A stretch of DNA of 59,796 nucleotides, filler included, from Sphacelaria rigidula (lineage: Eukaryota), in the NCBI GenBank assembly GCA_964200075.2. It is 4 parts of 4 records of this genome, joined end to end, with 100 filler letters (N's around TTAATTAATTAA, not from the genome) between each part and the next. Parts side by side here need not be neighbours in the genome. Positions count along the whole stretch, not along the records: positions 1 to 14,878 come from CAXNAA020002008.1; 3 more parts are not named here. The stretch is one strand, 5' to 3'. The position numbers and the translations under genes were made by a program. Below the pieces are notes generated by a model. It searched no databases. It was given only the letters and a program-made list of their open reading frames with translations, and was not told the origin of the DNA. This document shows, in pieces, positions 1 to 11,479 of the stretch (position 1 is the stretch's first letter; every line of letters begins with the position of its first letter).

Positions 1-897
1 GCAGAGGCCCTCAAGAAGACCGGATGCCAAGGTGCCGAAGCCACCGCCCGGCAACAACGACTGCTGTTCGCGGGAGCCCTGGCTAGACAACCGCACGGAC
101 GGTTACCGAAGCGAATAGCATTCGGAACAATAGTCGGGGGGGAAGATCCAGGACCAAGGTGCCCGGAACAAAACTTGCTGAAGTGCCTGAGGGACGATCT
201 CCGCGCTTTCGGAGCCACAGATTGCTCTACGGACGACAACCGCCTGACATTCGGAATTGACCGCGTCCTATGGACCTCAGCAGCGAAGGAGGGGGGGTTG
301 CCGTGGCATGCGGGAGTGCTGCAGGGAGCGCAGAGGTTCATGACCTCATGGCAGAGAAATAAAGAGAAGGCCAGCCGACTGCGTGCGATTGGACGGGAGA
401 CCAACGAAGCCCAAATTGCACAGCAATGACGACGGTCCAGAGAAGAGGGGGGTGGGGATGACCCTCCCCGATGAGGGGTGTATGTCATATGCAGTGCTTG
501 TCCTGATACACCTGATCTGCTTGTACGTCACCTGGTATGCATGTACGTATGGCTGTCCCTTGAGAGGTTGAAATATGGAACCTTGCGATTTTTAGTTCTT
601 TGGTTGATGGTATTTGGGGCCTCGAGTCTCGCCCGTAGTCGGACCCTGTGTTCATTTCTACTTGGCCTCGCGCGTCGAGTTGGAAAGCCGGGTACCACCC
701 CCTGAAGTCCGAATGGCCACCTACGGCACCAGATCATTTGAGTTCAGCCATATGTATTCTCTTCCTTTCTTGGTTTCACCTGTTTTGCTTGTATCACGTT
801 CGGTGAGTCTTAATCTAGGTCCAATTTGTTTCTTTGGCTTTGGTAGCTAGCCTGTGACCACGGAAGGCGTCCGCATCAGATGCCCAGTAAGTATGTA
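1..897 (+). mobile_element. 3' end of an RTE-like non-LTR retrotransposon (ORF C-terminus 1-429 plus 3' UTR), cut by the contig start
   Basis: Frame 1 is open from 1 to TGA at 429: AEALKKTGCQGAEATARQQRLLFAGALARQPHGRLPKRIAFGTIVGG...LLKCLRDDLRAFG. This matches the post-RT RRLxxxG...RLPKxxxxG...WxxxxxxDL signature of RTE-clade LINEs. A T-rich UTR follows, ending near gtgaccacgg...cagtaagtatgta. The 3' boundary is approximate. Confidence 0.75.
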
Positions 898-1668
898 CCG
901 CGCAGATATTGGAACGGTTTTTTTCGAATGTGAAGACAAAATAAAATCATGTTGCTGGTTTCTCGAGTCAGTTCACAACACCTCAGACGCTTGTCTGCAC
1001 GGACGGTGGGTGTATGTATGCCGCGAGCGTACTCTACACTTTTTCAATGGACCCAGAGACGGCAGGCTGGGATGTGTAAATTGTGCAGCGTTCCGTACAC
1101 GTCTTGTACTGTACAGTAAAACAGTAATATTTTGAGGCGTCATGTACTGTGGGAAGGTGATGGATGATCGAACAATTCAAGTCTATGTTGTATTGGAGTT
1201 AAATTTGTTCATGGACTTCACACTTTCGGAACAATTCACACAGTTTGTGGCCCCGAAGCAGGGAATATCGTCAACACGCGTCTTGGACACTACCCATCAC
1301 CTCACGGAGAGGAGTCTCGTGCGCTTTCCCGATTCAGTCTACTCCAGGGTTTTGAGAGCGACCCATGAACAAATATGAACTGAAATGAAAAAGTGTCTCG
1401 ATGCACAACTTTTGCAAAATCATCTCAAGCACAATTCTCACGTATGAGATTCTTGCTAAAAGACCATCCTCAAAACCTTCTAGCCGAGCCAACAGAAAAA
1501 AAAGTGATGCGTTAGCTTGTGCCCTAAACGCATGGTGACGATTGTTTCTAGTTTCGGGGTAAAGATCTGTATGACATGTCAGAAAGTTGAGAAGCACAAT
1601 GCCCGGGAAAGATGGCTCAAAGTGGGGGGACATGTAGCTATAATGCTATAATGCGATATAGATATCAA

Positions 1669-1766
1669 CCCTTGAACGGCGAGAGTAGGTCATCTGTTGA
1701 ATCGGCATCATTTTTACTCGAGAAAAGTATGTATGATCCAGATCGACTACCCACGCGGTCCAAGGG
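1669..1766. mobile_element. 98-bp piggyBac-like MITE, copy 1
   Basis: Ends are CCCTTGAAC...GTCCAAGGG, flanked by TCAA/TTGA (degenerate TTAA). The internal sequence is homologous to the copy at 3433-3530. Confidence 0.65.
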
Positions 1767-1978
1767 TTGATACTCCTTGTGGCTTGAAGCTCTTGTGCCC
1801 CTTTATTTCCCACCTCTGTTGCAGTTGGTGAAAATATACGCAAAAATGTAACAGATGAAGTCGGGATCATGATCGAGCGTTGACGGCTTTATCCGCACTG
1901 ACAAGAAAACGTCGTGATTTTCTGTTTTGGCTATACAGGCTGTTTCGGGGCAACGGCGGGATTTTACTCCTCAGCGAC

Positions 1979-2290
1979 TGCTCACGCCATTTTTTGGAAT
2001 TTGACCCTAAATTTTTGCAAACGGGTGCTCTGAGACATTTGGGGGGGAGGGGGCGTACTCATTTGTTGCTTGCCTTGGTCGTGTGACCATTGCCCACGCA
2101 TCCCTTTCGAGACGGAGCAGCAAAGGGGGAGGGGGGGGTCATTGGTGCTTGCCTCAGTCGTCAGATCATTGACCACGCATCCCCGAGACATTTGGGAGGG
2201 ATCGAAAGACCTCATTCATATAGGCCTTCCCAATATCTGAGCATCCGTTTGCAAAATTTCAGGGTCTAATTCCAAAAAACGGCGTGAGCA
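1979..2290. mobile_element. MITE with ~60-bp terminal inverted repeats, carrying a nested LINE 3'-end insertion (2041-2184)
   Basis: The left arm TGCTCACGCCATTTTTTGGAATTTGACCCTAAATTTTTGCAAACGGGTGCTC pairs with the right arm GAGCATCCGTTTGCAAAATTTCAGGGTCTAATTCCAAAAAACGGCGTGAGCA. Confidence 0.75.
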
Positions 2291-3432
2291 ATTGGCCATT
2301 TGTCCGTTCAAGTGTACAGATGTACGCGGAACCCCCCGAATAACTTGATTGTAGGATGCTACCGACGTTTCCTTGTGTGGTGGAGCTTGAATCGACCGTT
2401 TGGTATCAGATTTTCGAGTTGCGGGACGAAAACTTGTACAAACCTTCCTTGGACTAAATCGAGACGAGTCAAATTCGATTTTTGTTTTTTGAAGCGATCT
2501 CTACCGGCTTCTGGGGGCCTTCCCGCTGGGGCTCCCGGGAGCTGGTTAAGAGCGGGGACACTCTGATGTGTTCCAACATCTTTTCCCATTCGCAGCACCC
2601 ATATCTACCAGACTGCCAAGTTTGAGGATCATCGGACCGTCAAGAGGCTTTCCGGGTCTCCGATGCATATTGGTACAGTAAGTCCGACGACGCCAAAATC
2701 CCACATCACCAAAATACCACGTTTTGGGTTACTACATCCCATTCGAACAGTTTTCAGATATGTTTTTTACGGTAGATTTTCTGGTTGATGGCGTTTATTA
2801 AGGTTTGATTCGTGATGGGATTTTGGATACAAATTGAGTCGAGAATTCACATGTTAATTTCAGAATCATTTGAAGGCCCCTGATTGACCGAGAAATATTT
2901 GCACTACCGGCGCCATGACAAAGGACGCAAGAAAAAATCTGGCCATGTTAAACTATTCGCTTGCTCGTGGGGATCACTTCTGACACCAAATATGTTTCTA
3001 TCGGGTCAGTTTTTCATTCTGCATCTAGTGGGGAATAATTTTGGGTGTCCACCCTGAGCCCGCCTGTAATACATTCGATTGTGTCAAGGCTGGGAGCTAA
3101 TTGAAAAAAGTTTGCCATAAACAGAGAGGTACGATGGCAAAGTATGACACATTTTTCAAATCGCGCTTTGAACGCCCATTTCGTACGAGTTTGACGGGGG
3201 GACGTTGAAAAAGAGACCGTGGAACAGAAGTGTGTTGTCGGTGAGATTACGAGCCACCTCCAACTTGGCTACCTGCATAGCGCTTATCACGAATCCGACC
3301 ACCACCACGCCGTTCTGGCCAAGGCTACATTTGCCGGCACGGCCTCATCCGCAACTACCGTGGGTCGGGTAGCGAAACTCGGCTGCGGCCATGTCGCAAG
3401 TTGTACATGACAGCGATACGCGTCTCACTTAA

Positions 3433-3530
3433 CCCTTAGACGGCGAGGTTAGTCTTCTGTTGAATCGGCATCAATTTCAAGTGAAAAAAAGTATGCATGA
3501 TCCAGAAAGACTAATCTCGCGGTCTGAGGG
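3433..3530. mobile_element. 98-bp piggyBac-like MITE, copy 2
   Basis: TTAA|CCCTTAGAC...GTCTGAGGG|TTAA gives a perfect TTAA target duplication (3429-3432 and 3531-3534) and CCC/GGG termini, both typical of piggyBac. Confidence 0.75.
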
Positions 3531-4043
3531 TTAACGTTGAAAACCGTCTGTACCTTGAAACTCTAGTAGAGTTGACCGGCGCTGGGCCACCATATGTCCA
3601 TGGTTGATATAACCACAATCACTGTCATGGAGTGTACGGCACAGCAGCAGCAGCACAGCCAGCGCAATAGTATAGGGGGTATACGAAAAACGGACATCCT
3701 CCATCGCGTCTGAAGTACAGAATCTCCAAGCGAAGCGGCGTGCGTCCGGATAAGGAATCGGAATGTTCAGAGTACACATGATCACTGAGAGCAGTCACCG
3801 CCGACTGCTACGGGTAGCTCAGCTGTCATGTATACTATCAACTAGAGTAGGCAATAATCCCAGTCGAATCAGAGCAACCCCAGATTGTACATTAGCCAAA
3901 ATATTGTGGTACAGAATCACTGAGCCAGCAGCCAACCCTGACTGCAAGCTCAGTGATCATGTTCACTTTCAGACGGGTAACATTTGAAGTAACCTTCGGC
4001 ATCAGTGCAGTTTCAGCGTGAGCGCAGTGTTTGGGCAGTTGGC

Positions 4044-4044
<1 letters not shown>

Positions 4045-4105
<61 letters not shown>

Positions 4106-4120
4106 CACGCACGCACACAC
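4045..4120. repeat. (CA)n microsatellite, probably intronic
   Basis: A directly visible CA tract with minor interruptions. Confidence 0.95.
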
Positions 4121-4312
4121 AAGTGCCACCCAAGCAATGTACTGTACACGGAAGCTGAGACCTGACTTGTCCACGTCAACACTACGACTTTGTCAATACA
4201 GAGGAACGGCACCACAAACCTCACATGAGAGAGGGGACCGTCCACGCGAGCGAAACTGACACCATACATGATGAAGCAATTGTTGCAGGCTTCACGATAA
4301 ATTCAGGGATAC

Positions 4313-4782
4313 CTGTTGAAGACATGGCGAGTGTGGAGCACGTCCTTAACCGAAGCGGCGTGGTGGGAGCAACAGCAATAATTGAAGCCCCGTCTCCGCT
4401 CCGCGCTTCCTTGGCCAGAGAGGTGGAGACTCCTTCGACAACATGTCAGGAGAATGAGTTGAGAACGAGTACAACGTTACGCTACTGTACTATACTGTGG
4501 ATCCATCACAAGAGTGCAGCCGAGAACAAGAAAAATAACATGAAAATATACCGTATGAGGCTATGACCCACGTTTCTTACAAAACTTGGAGGGGTAGAGA
4601 GGGAAAAGGGGGGAGGAAGCTAGGGGGGGAAGCGCAGGTGCCATCGCATGTGGCGAAGTAACCTCGACCTTCTCACCTCTGGACGTTGCAGCTGCAGGCG
4701 ACGTAACGACGAAAGCATTTGTTGCTCCAACTGACCACGCCATCACGGCACTCCATCCAAAGAGTACCGTCCTTCTCGTCAT
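4313..4782 (-). CDS. 5' exons (4782-4677, 4432-4313) of a nucleus-encoded, probably plastid-targeted protein; downstream exons not resolved
   Basis: MTRRTVLFGWSAVMAWSVGATNA|FVVTSPAAATSR is a signal peptide with a heterokont ASAFAP-type AF cleavage motif. The donor is AG|GTGAGA (phase 1) and the acceptor is ...gtcgaag. Exon 2 reads GVSTSLAKEARSGDGASIIAVAPTTPLRLRTCSTLAMSST, a transit-peptide-like stretch ending in AM-SS, followed by donor G|GTATCC. Further exons are possible near 3710 and 1815 but are not secure. Confidence 0.65.
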
Positions 4783-5066
4783 GCCTCTACGGCGCTAATC
4801 TAGTCTCTAGAGTCTCTGAGGCACCGTGGACGTTCGCACTCTCGGACAACACGACGCTTGTCCTAACTCTTATCACGGCGCGTGCGCTGGTATGTGCCTT
4901 GGAATGCGGGGAAAATTCTAGATCCATGGGTAGGGTAATTTTGCCCCTTAGCAAAACTTTCAGACGTGTACAAGTTATCTCTCAAAATTCAAATTTTGAG
5001 CTTCGCTCTCAGCTCCAACAGCCCCTCCTCCGACAGTATTACAATTTGCAGCTATCTTCAGCTGAC
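4783..5066. promoter_or_regulatory. Short divergent (bidirectional) promoter region between the plastid-targeted gene and CDC6
   Basis: Only 284 bp separate two oppositely oriented predicted ATGs. No specific element was identified. Confidence 0.5.
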
Positions 5067-8000
5067 ATGAGCATTGAGATGCAAAAGCACCAGGAGGTCA
5101 CTGCATCATTCGAGGAGGTGATGTGGGTGCGTCATGATAATGATCAGGGCATGTGGTGGCCAGCGCTGTTCGTGGCAAATGTGGAAAGCAGGAGCTTGCT
5201 CGTGACGGTGAGTGTTCGGCTACATAATACTGTCAGGATGAAATTCAAATAATGGAGGCTGCAGTCCCAAGCACAATCCTGCACAACAACAGCAGCAGCA
5301 GCAGCAGCAGGTTTGCTTGAGATTTCATGCTAGGCCCAATGCGAACAGCTGAACAGCTACGTAATCTGCGCTACGCCTGTATAATCCAGGGCATTTGCTG
5401 ACATATGCTCGTCCCTGACCTTGCACTGCCCCAAACAGGCCGTCCGTCATCATGACACGGAGTCGCAACAGAGGGCAACGGGTGCGTCAAGGGCTGCTGT
5501 ATTACACGTGACTTCGGCCTCGCCAACCGTGCCGCTGTTTTGGCGACCTTACGGTGGCAAGCCAGTGGTGGCTACTGAATGGTGCGCCTACGACGAGAGT
5601 TCACAACGGGCTGGTGAGTGCGCTTCGGGAAAGTCCAGCGTGGCTTTACGTTCGTATATAGACGACAAATACTCCATTCAAAAAGACAGGCTGTAGATAC
5701 TCATCGTGGTGTGGACCCCGCCTCGTCGTTTCCGTTTTGAATTTGATCGATTTTTGAATCTGATTCGCAGGGATGGCGCCGCCAAATGCCAGGACGGTGG
5801 AGAGATTCGAAGAAAAGGCTGTGCATCAGATGAACAGCATCAGGTCAGTGTTGTTATGGCAGCTGCTGATGATGAGTCTTGGCCGACATATAGAGTTGTC
5901 CTTGCTGTTTGAATGAACGCACACCTGCCCTGTTGTACTACTGTACGTCTTCAGTATAGTAACGAAACGGTCTTGACGGTTGGGATTTGAAATTTGAAAT
6001 ATGTAACGTACAGACAGTATACAACACATCACGTGGAGCACGGTTCCCAGTTGCCCTTCGAGAATCAGTTGCCAGGTCGTGATCGAGAGAGATGGGTTGT
6101 CAGGCACGGGAGCTGTTGTCTTTTGTCCATATGTACCGTGTTTCGACCCATGTGAGTAACATTTGTGGGGTTGTCTCTGCATCTCTTCCTTGCAGGTCGG
6201 GTCACGGTGCAGCTGACTCGTCTCATGGTGCAGCGCCGGTTACTCCATCTCCGATGACGCTGTGCGGCAATGTCTGTCCCACCATAACCCCAGCCTCTTC
6301 TTCGAGCGATGCTGCTTCGCCTGGGGACACGTCGCAATCCAGCCGTGCGTCCTCGCCTGCGTCATCCACCTGTGGTACAGAGCTCGATTTAACACCCACT
6401 CAGCTCTCTCCTGGCACAGATGAGCGTCCAGCCCTTTCCCCTCTGGCGAACTCTAACGCGGCTCATTCGGATACTCCGACAGCGCGGACTCTGGAAAGTA
6501 CACCTGCTACCCAAGTGATGGGATGGCATAAGCTAGCCCGGCAGAGAAATGCCGGAGAGGGGGGGAGGCAATCCATATCAACCGCGGGAGGCACCCCACC
6601 TCGTACCCGCGGGGCAAAGCGTGCGCGGGCAGTGAATGAGGTTAGATTCCTTGGTGAAAACAGGAAGCGAATCATAGGCGAGGTGTCTCCAGCGGCCAGT
6701 CGTCCTAGCCGCAACACGCGTAGCAGAAAGGAATGCGTGGATAACAACCAGTATCCTCGGCTCGGGAGCCCTCCCGCCAGTGCTGCCGGACATGTACTCT
6801 ACCGTAGCCAGTGCGCTAGCAACAACAGCCCGGATGTGAAGCTACGGCCAGTTGAGGATGGGGGTGACTTCAGTGCCGCGGTGGAGAGGGAGGGAGGTCG
6901 TGTGGATTCACCTTGCGCAATGCAGATCGAGGAGCAACATTCACGTTATTGCCAACAAAGGCAGGCATTGAGCGAAACGGAGAGCGAACTGTCCGGTGAC
7001 GAAGAACCGATTCTCTGCGACAAGCGCATGACTAGACAGCAGCATCGCACGGAACACAACACCATCCCGGTCACGGGATTGTTGTCTTTAACCCAACAAG
7101 AGACGCCGAGAGAGACTGTGCCGGTCCCATCCCGTGGCGGCCACGAGAAAAGTCAAGTTGGCGGAGCAGATATTTGCGGGGCGTCAAGTGTCGACGCCGT
7201 GGCTCAAGAAGCGGCGGCTTTCCGCGACGTAGGAATCACCGGGCGGGAACAGGAATTCAAGGACATTCGCCCCAAACTCATGAAACTGAAGTGGAGATGG
7301 GGACCGGCAATCGACAAATCGGCGACCACTTCCGAGCTCTGGTTCATGAAGCCGAAGACGAACATCAAGACGGCAACGCATGGGGTTGATAAGTTCGAGC
7401 CAAACGAGCATGTAGTGGAGTATGTCCGAAGCGTGTTGGCGCGAAGCGAGGAGGTCAATTCCGACGGGGAAGATGAAGGCACCGAAAAAGAAGACGAGGG
7501 GAATGGGTACGGCGAAGGAGAGGCGGAGACGGGTGAAGATTGTGAGCACGAACACGTTGATAGTGGAAGCGTGGACGTGGACGAGAGGTTGACAGGGGTG
7601 GGTGCGCAGCCTGAGTCGCAAGAGATCCGGGAACTAGAGGATGCGTTGGAAGCACTGTCTCCTGCCAACGCGCCCGCGGCCCCGAATCAACGCGAGGGGG
7701 AATTCAACGAAGTTTTACAGTTTTTGACAGACGGGATAAAAAAATCGGCTGGAGGAAGCATGTACCTCTGCGGGTGTCCTGGAACGGGGAAAACCATGAC
7801 CATGTCTCTCGTGCAACAGGAGTTGCAGAATGGGCGGAAGGTGAGGGGTGAACACGCACAGAGGGTTGCTTTCATCGAAGCTGAATACATCGGGTACAGG
7901 GCCGAGTGTTTTTTTGTCGTAACTTTTTTGTAAATCGAGGCATTTTTCATGAGTGCTGACTCCACGTGATGACTGATCCCTGATGGACCGAAGAGGCTCT

Positions 8001-9767
8001 GCCTGATGCACTCACCGACTCATCTTGCCACCCTTTCCTCCCCCCATCCCTCGCGTTTATTCGTGGTCATTCCTCCACAGACTGGCCTGCCGGTTCCAGA
8101 GTTTCACACCTTCACTGGAACCGCGTTCACAAACCCGAGCACGATGCATGGTGATCTCTGGCGGGCGATTTCAGGCCAAACCGACAGGCCGGTGGACGTA
8201 GAAAAGGCTATAAGCATGAAACTTCAACGCAAGGGGGCGGCGTGTACGGCGCGCTCGCCAATGATCGTGGTGGTGGTGGACGAGATCGATCAGCTCCACT
8301 CGCACAACCGGCAAGTGCTACGGAAGCTGTTCGAGTGGGCTGCTGCACCCAAGTCCCGCTTGGTAAGTTTCCCGTCTTTCTACGATGTTACCAAAAACCG
8401 CCCGCTCTCGTAAGGTCGGTGTAGGCCGCGTGAACCGCTCATGGGTGTATCTGCTCGATTGTCGCTCGACTACATTATACGCGAAGGAATCGTCGTAGAC
8501 TACTGTAGACTATACAGTATATGCGCACATTTGTTGTGTTCGTGCCGAGTGAAATGGTTTTGGCTGCGGTGGATTTTGGAACGGTTTCTCATCCAGTTAT
8601 TTGAAGGCACATGGGACTTCGCACACTCCAAAACTATCCATGAGGCCTGAAAACGCCGAAATCAACATTTTTCCGGCATCCTTGCGCCAAAAAACAGAAA
8701 ATTAAAGTCTTGTTTGGGATATCGCTTGCCCTACTCCGCGTAACAGCAGGGGCCGAAGCGGCGTAAGCATCGTTTAGTCTTTTGGAGAGTAGACTGGTAC
8801 AATGATGGCAAGCAAAGCAGTAAAGCAACTTAATGGTTGCCCACGCAGCGCTCAACTCTGAGCGCGTGCCATGTGTACAAGAGGCATCCTTGTAATTGAA
8901 TTATCATGATCTCCTTTGGGGGTGACTCAAGAGTGGAACCTGACGAATCAGTTTTTTCTCTCGCCCGTTTGCTTTATTTTTTCCTTCAAACAGCTCTTGG
9001 TCGGCATCGCCAACTCTATCGAGTTTGATGTGGCGTTCGACCTGAGAAAGCCTCCTACCAAGATTTGCTTCAGAGCGTACTCACCATCAGACCTTGCGGG
9101 AATCCTCGAGCAAAGAGTGGGCTCGGTCATGGACAAGGGGGCACTGACCTTGTGCTCGAAGAAAGTTGCTGCCACACACGGGGACGCCAGAAGAGCGATC
9201 ACTATATGCCGGGAAGCAGTCAGCATCGCCAAGCGAGCAGTTCAAGCCAAGATAGATCAAGCCGCTGCCGAGGCAGAGCAATCTGCAGAGGACACGCAAA
9301 GCACCGAGACGGCGCAGGCGGACGCGACTCGAGAGAAGGAAAAGGCCCCGGTCACAATTGTGCACATGCAGCAGGCCCTGAAGGGTGCGCGCGCTTGTAG
9401 GCACGGAGACGCCATGGTGGCGCTATCTACCCAGGCGCAGATTGTCCTTTGCGTGGCAGCAGCATCTGCTCGTGAGTCTGAAGGAAGGCGAGACCGCCCT
9501 GATGGCGCCAAGATGAAACGAAGCAAACTTACCCAGGGAACCTTGCATGAAAAGTGTATGCATAGGTGCGCGAAAGCAAACATAAATGGATGGCTCAGCC
9601 AAATCGAGTTTTCCGGCACGATAGACATGCTCGCGGCGCAGGGTCTCGTGGATGTGCGAGGGAAGCAAAGCACCGGTCGCGCGCGCGAGCTGGCTCTGCA
9701 CGTTGAATGGTCAGACGTTGAAATAGCGCTGGGAAATTTGCCGTTTTTCAAGGACGTCACAGCCTAA
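5067..9767 (+). CDS. CDC6: Cell division control protein 6 (CDC6/ORC1-family AAA+ ATPase), ~1029 aa; exons 5067-5207, 5439-5613, 5771-5843, 6196-7840, 8081-8362, 8994-9767
   Basis: All five introns are GT-AG, and phases (0,1,2,0,0) give one continuous frame. Motifs: Walker A SMYLCGCPGTGKT, Walker B IVVVVDEIDQL, LRKLFEWAAAPKSRLLLVGIANS (sensor 1), ALTLCSKKVAATHGDARRAITICREAV (sensor 2) and a C-terminal winged helix (LSQIEFSGTIDMLAAQGLV). DEIDQL and LFEW fit CDC6 better than ORC1. Confidence 0.88.
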
Positions 9768-10544
9768 AATATGATTGTTTTTTTAGTTGACGGTCGACCA
9801 TCTGTTGACGAGACTCTCCTTGCCTGTCTTGCTGATTATCGGGGAGGCTATGTAGATGAACATATCTCATGTCTGTGGTTCACGGTGGAGTAGTTCCCCT
9901 TGTCGGATGTATCTTGAATGGGTGAGTAGATACGATTTCTCATGTTGCACATAGTCAATTTACTTGGTAAGAGACATCAATATATTGTAGAACTGTTCAT
10001 GCGATGAGAGTGCATGCCGCAGGATGGTAAACATGGTATGTTGGCACACAGCTGCACGTTCTGTCGAGGTTATGCAGCCAGTATTAGGGTACCAACCCCT
10101 TGTTGAAAGTTTCACATTTTGAGGTATTATAGCTGCGCAAGTAGAGTACTTTCGGCCATTGAAGCACAAACGCCCACGGTCTTGCATGGGACAGGTACTT
10201 TTAGTGCGCGCTAGCGCTCCTCTTAGTCAGCCCATGGTTGTTTCGACGAAACGTTACCCGAGGGAGTCGTGTCTCGGGCAGTGTAGCAACAGATCGTCGG
10301 TAGCCTGGTGAGCTTTACCCCGCGGAAATAGCCGTAAGGGTGTATATCGTTGTACAGATCGCACCGGTAGTCAAATAGCCAAGAGTGCATTTTGGGCTCG
10401 TTCGAAACGATGAAAAATGAGACGAGAAAGAGACATCGTTGTTTTTTGCATTTAACACTGGAACATATGGCGAGATGTTGAAGGCGAGGTGAAGCCGTTC
10501 CTCTCAACCTCTCTCCTCCTAATCCTCGGGACGAGATAATCTTG

Positions 10545-10760
10545 CTAGGACGCCTGGTATCTTGTTCGACCATTGACCACGAATCCCTTTCGAGACGGAG
10601 CACCTTTCCGGAGGGGGGGGGGGGCTACACATGATCATGCATGCCATAGTCATAACACCGTTGACCTCGCATCCCTTCAAACCCGGGACGGAGCACGCCG
10701 GATTTTCGCCGGACCAGGCTCGCACTCAAACCACCAAGCAAAAGTGGATCAGCATTCCCA
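10545..10760 (-). mobile_element. Stacked 3'-end fragments of two non-LTR retroelement families joined by a C-run
   Basis: On the minus strand, ...GCATGCATGATCATGTGTAG-(C)n is followed by GCTCCGTCTCGAAAGGGATTCGTGGTCAATGG. Both parts are homologous to 32300-32640. Confidence 0.7.
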
Positions 10761-11479
10761 CAACCCGCAGACTTGGTGAATGCTCCTTCTACCCGCGGTC
10801 TCCCTCTGTCGAACGACGAAATCAAGAATGACTCGTTGGATCGGAGGGATTTTGAGGCACGGATGAGACCACGCGATAGCTTTAATTGGCCTTATTGGGC
10901 CTTTTTCGGATAATAGAAATTTTTGAACAAATGATCGAACACAGCCAGCGCTTGACTGATCGATCCGAAGGCCCGAGATATATCCCCCCTCCCCTGTCGC
11001 TTAACTACCCGTGCTCTGAACCCGAGTGATGCACATCGGGTGGATTGGTTGCAAAAGGGACCGGTTGCTACAGGTTGGCTCACGTGAGAGACCCGAAAAT
11101 TTATCATCAGCAACTACCTTCCGTACTACCCACCCAATAGTCGCATACATGGCATCATCCTGACCGCAATAAACCAAGGAAGAGGGTGATAGCCGGATAT
11201 TTGGTCAAGGCTACATCGGTGGCGCGACGGACGAGATTGTGTCTCGACGAATCAGCGCCTTCCAAATTGCTCTGAAAATGAAAACACTCATTCCAAGCCC
11301 AACTTCCACCGAATCTCCACATGCCTCGAATCGGGGTAAACGCCATCAGCTCGGGAATTGAACGGGAGAAACAGATTTTGGAGCGGTTCCAACGGCGTCG
11401 AATTATGCCCGAAACCGTAAGGTTTCGGCGATGTGGAACTTCGGCGTCATCTAGTTTCCACTCACTACACTCACGGAAG

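Noticed and set aside
3892-4269. ORFs with HTHTHT / CVCVCV runs
   Set aside because: They are translations of a (CA)n microsatellite.
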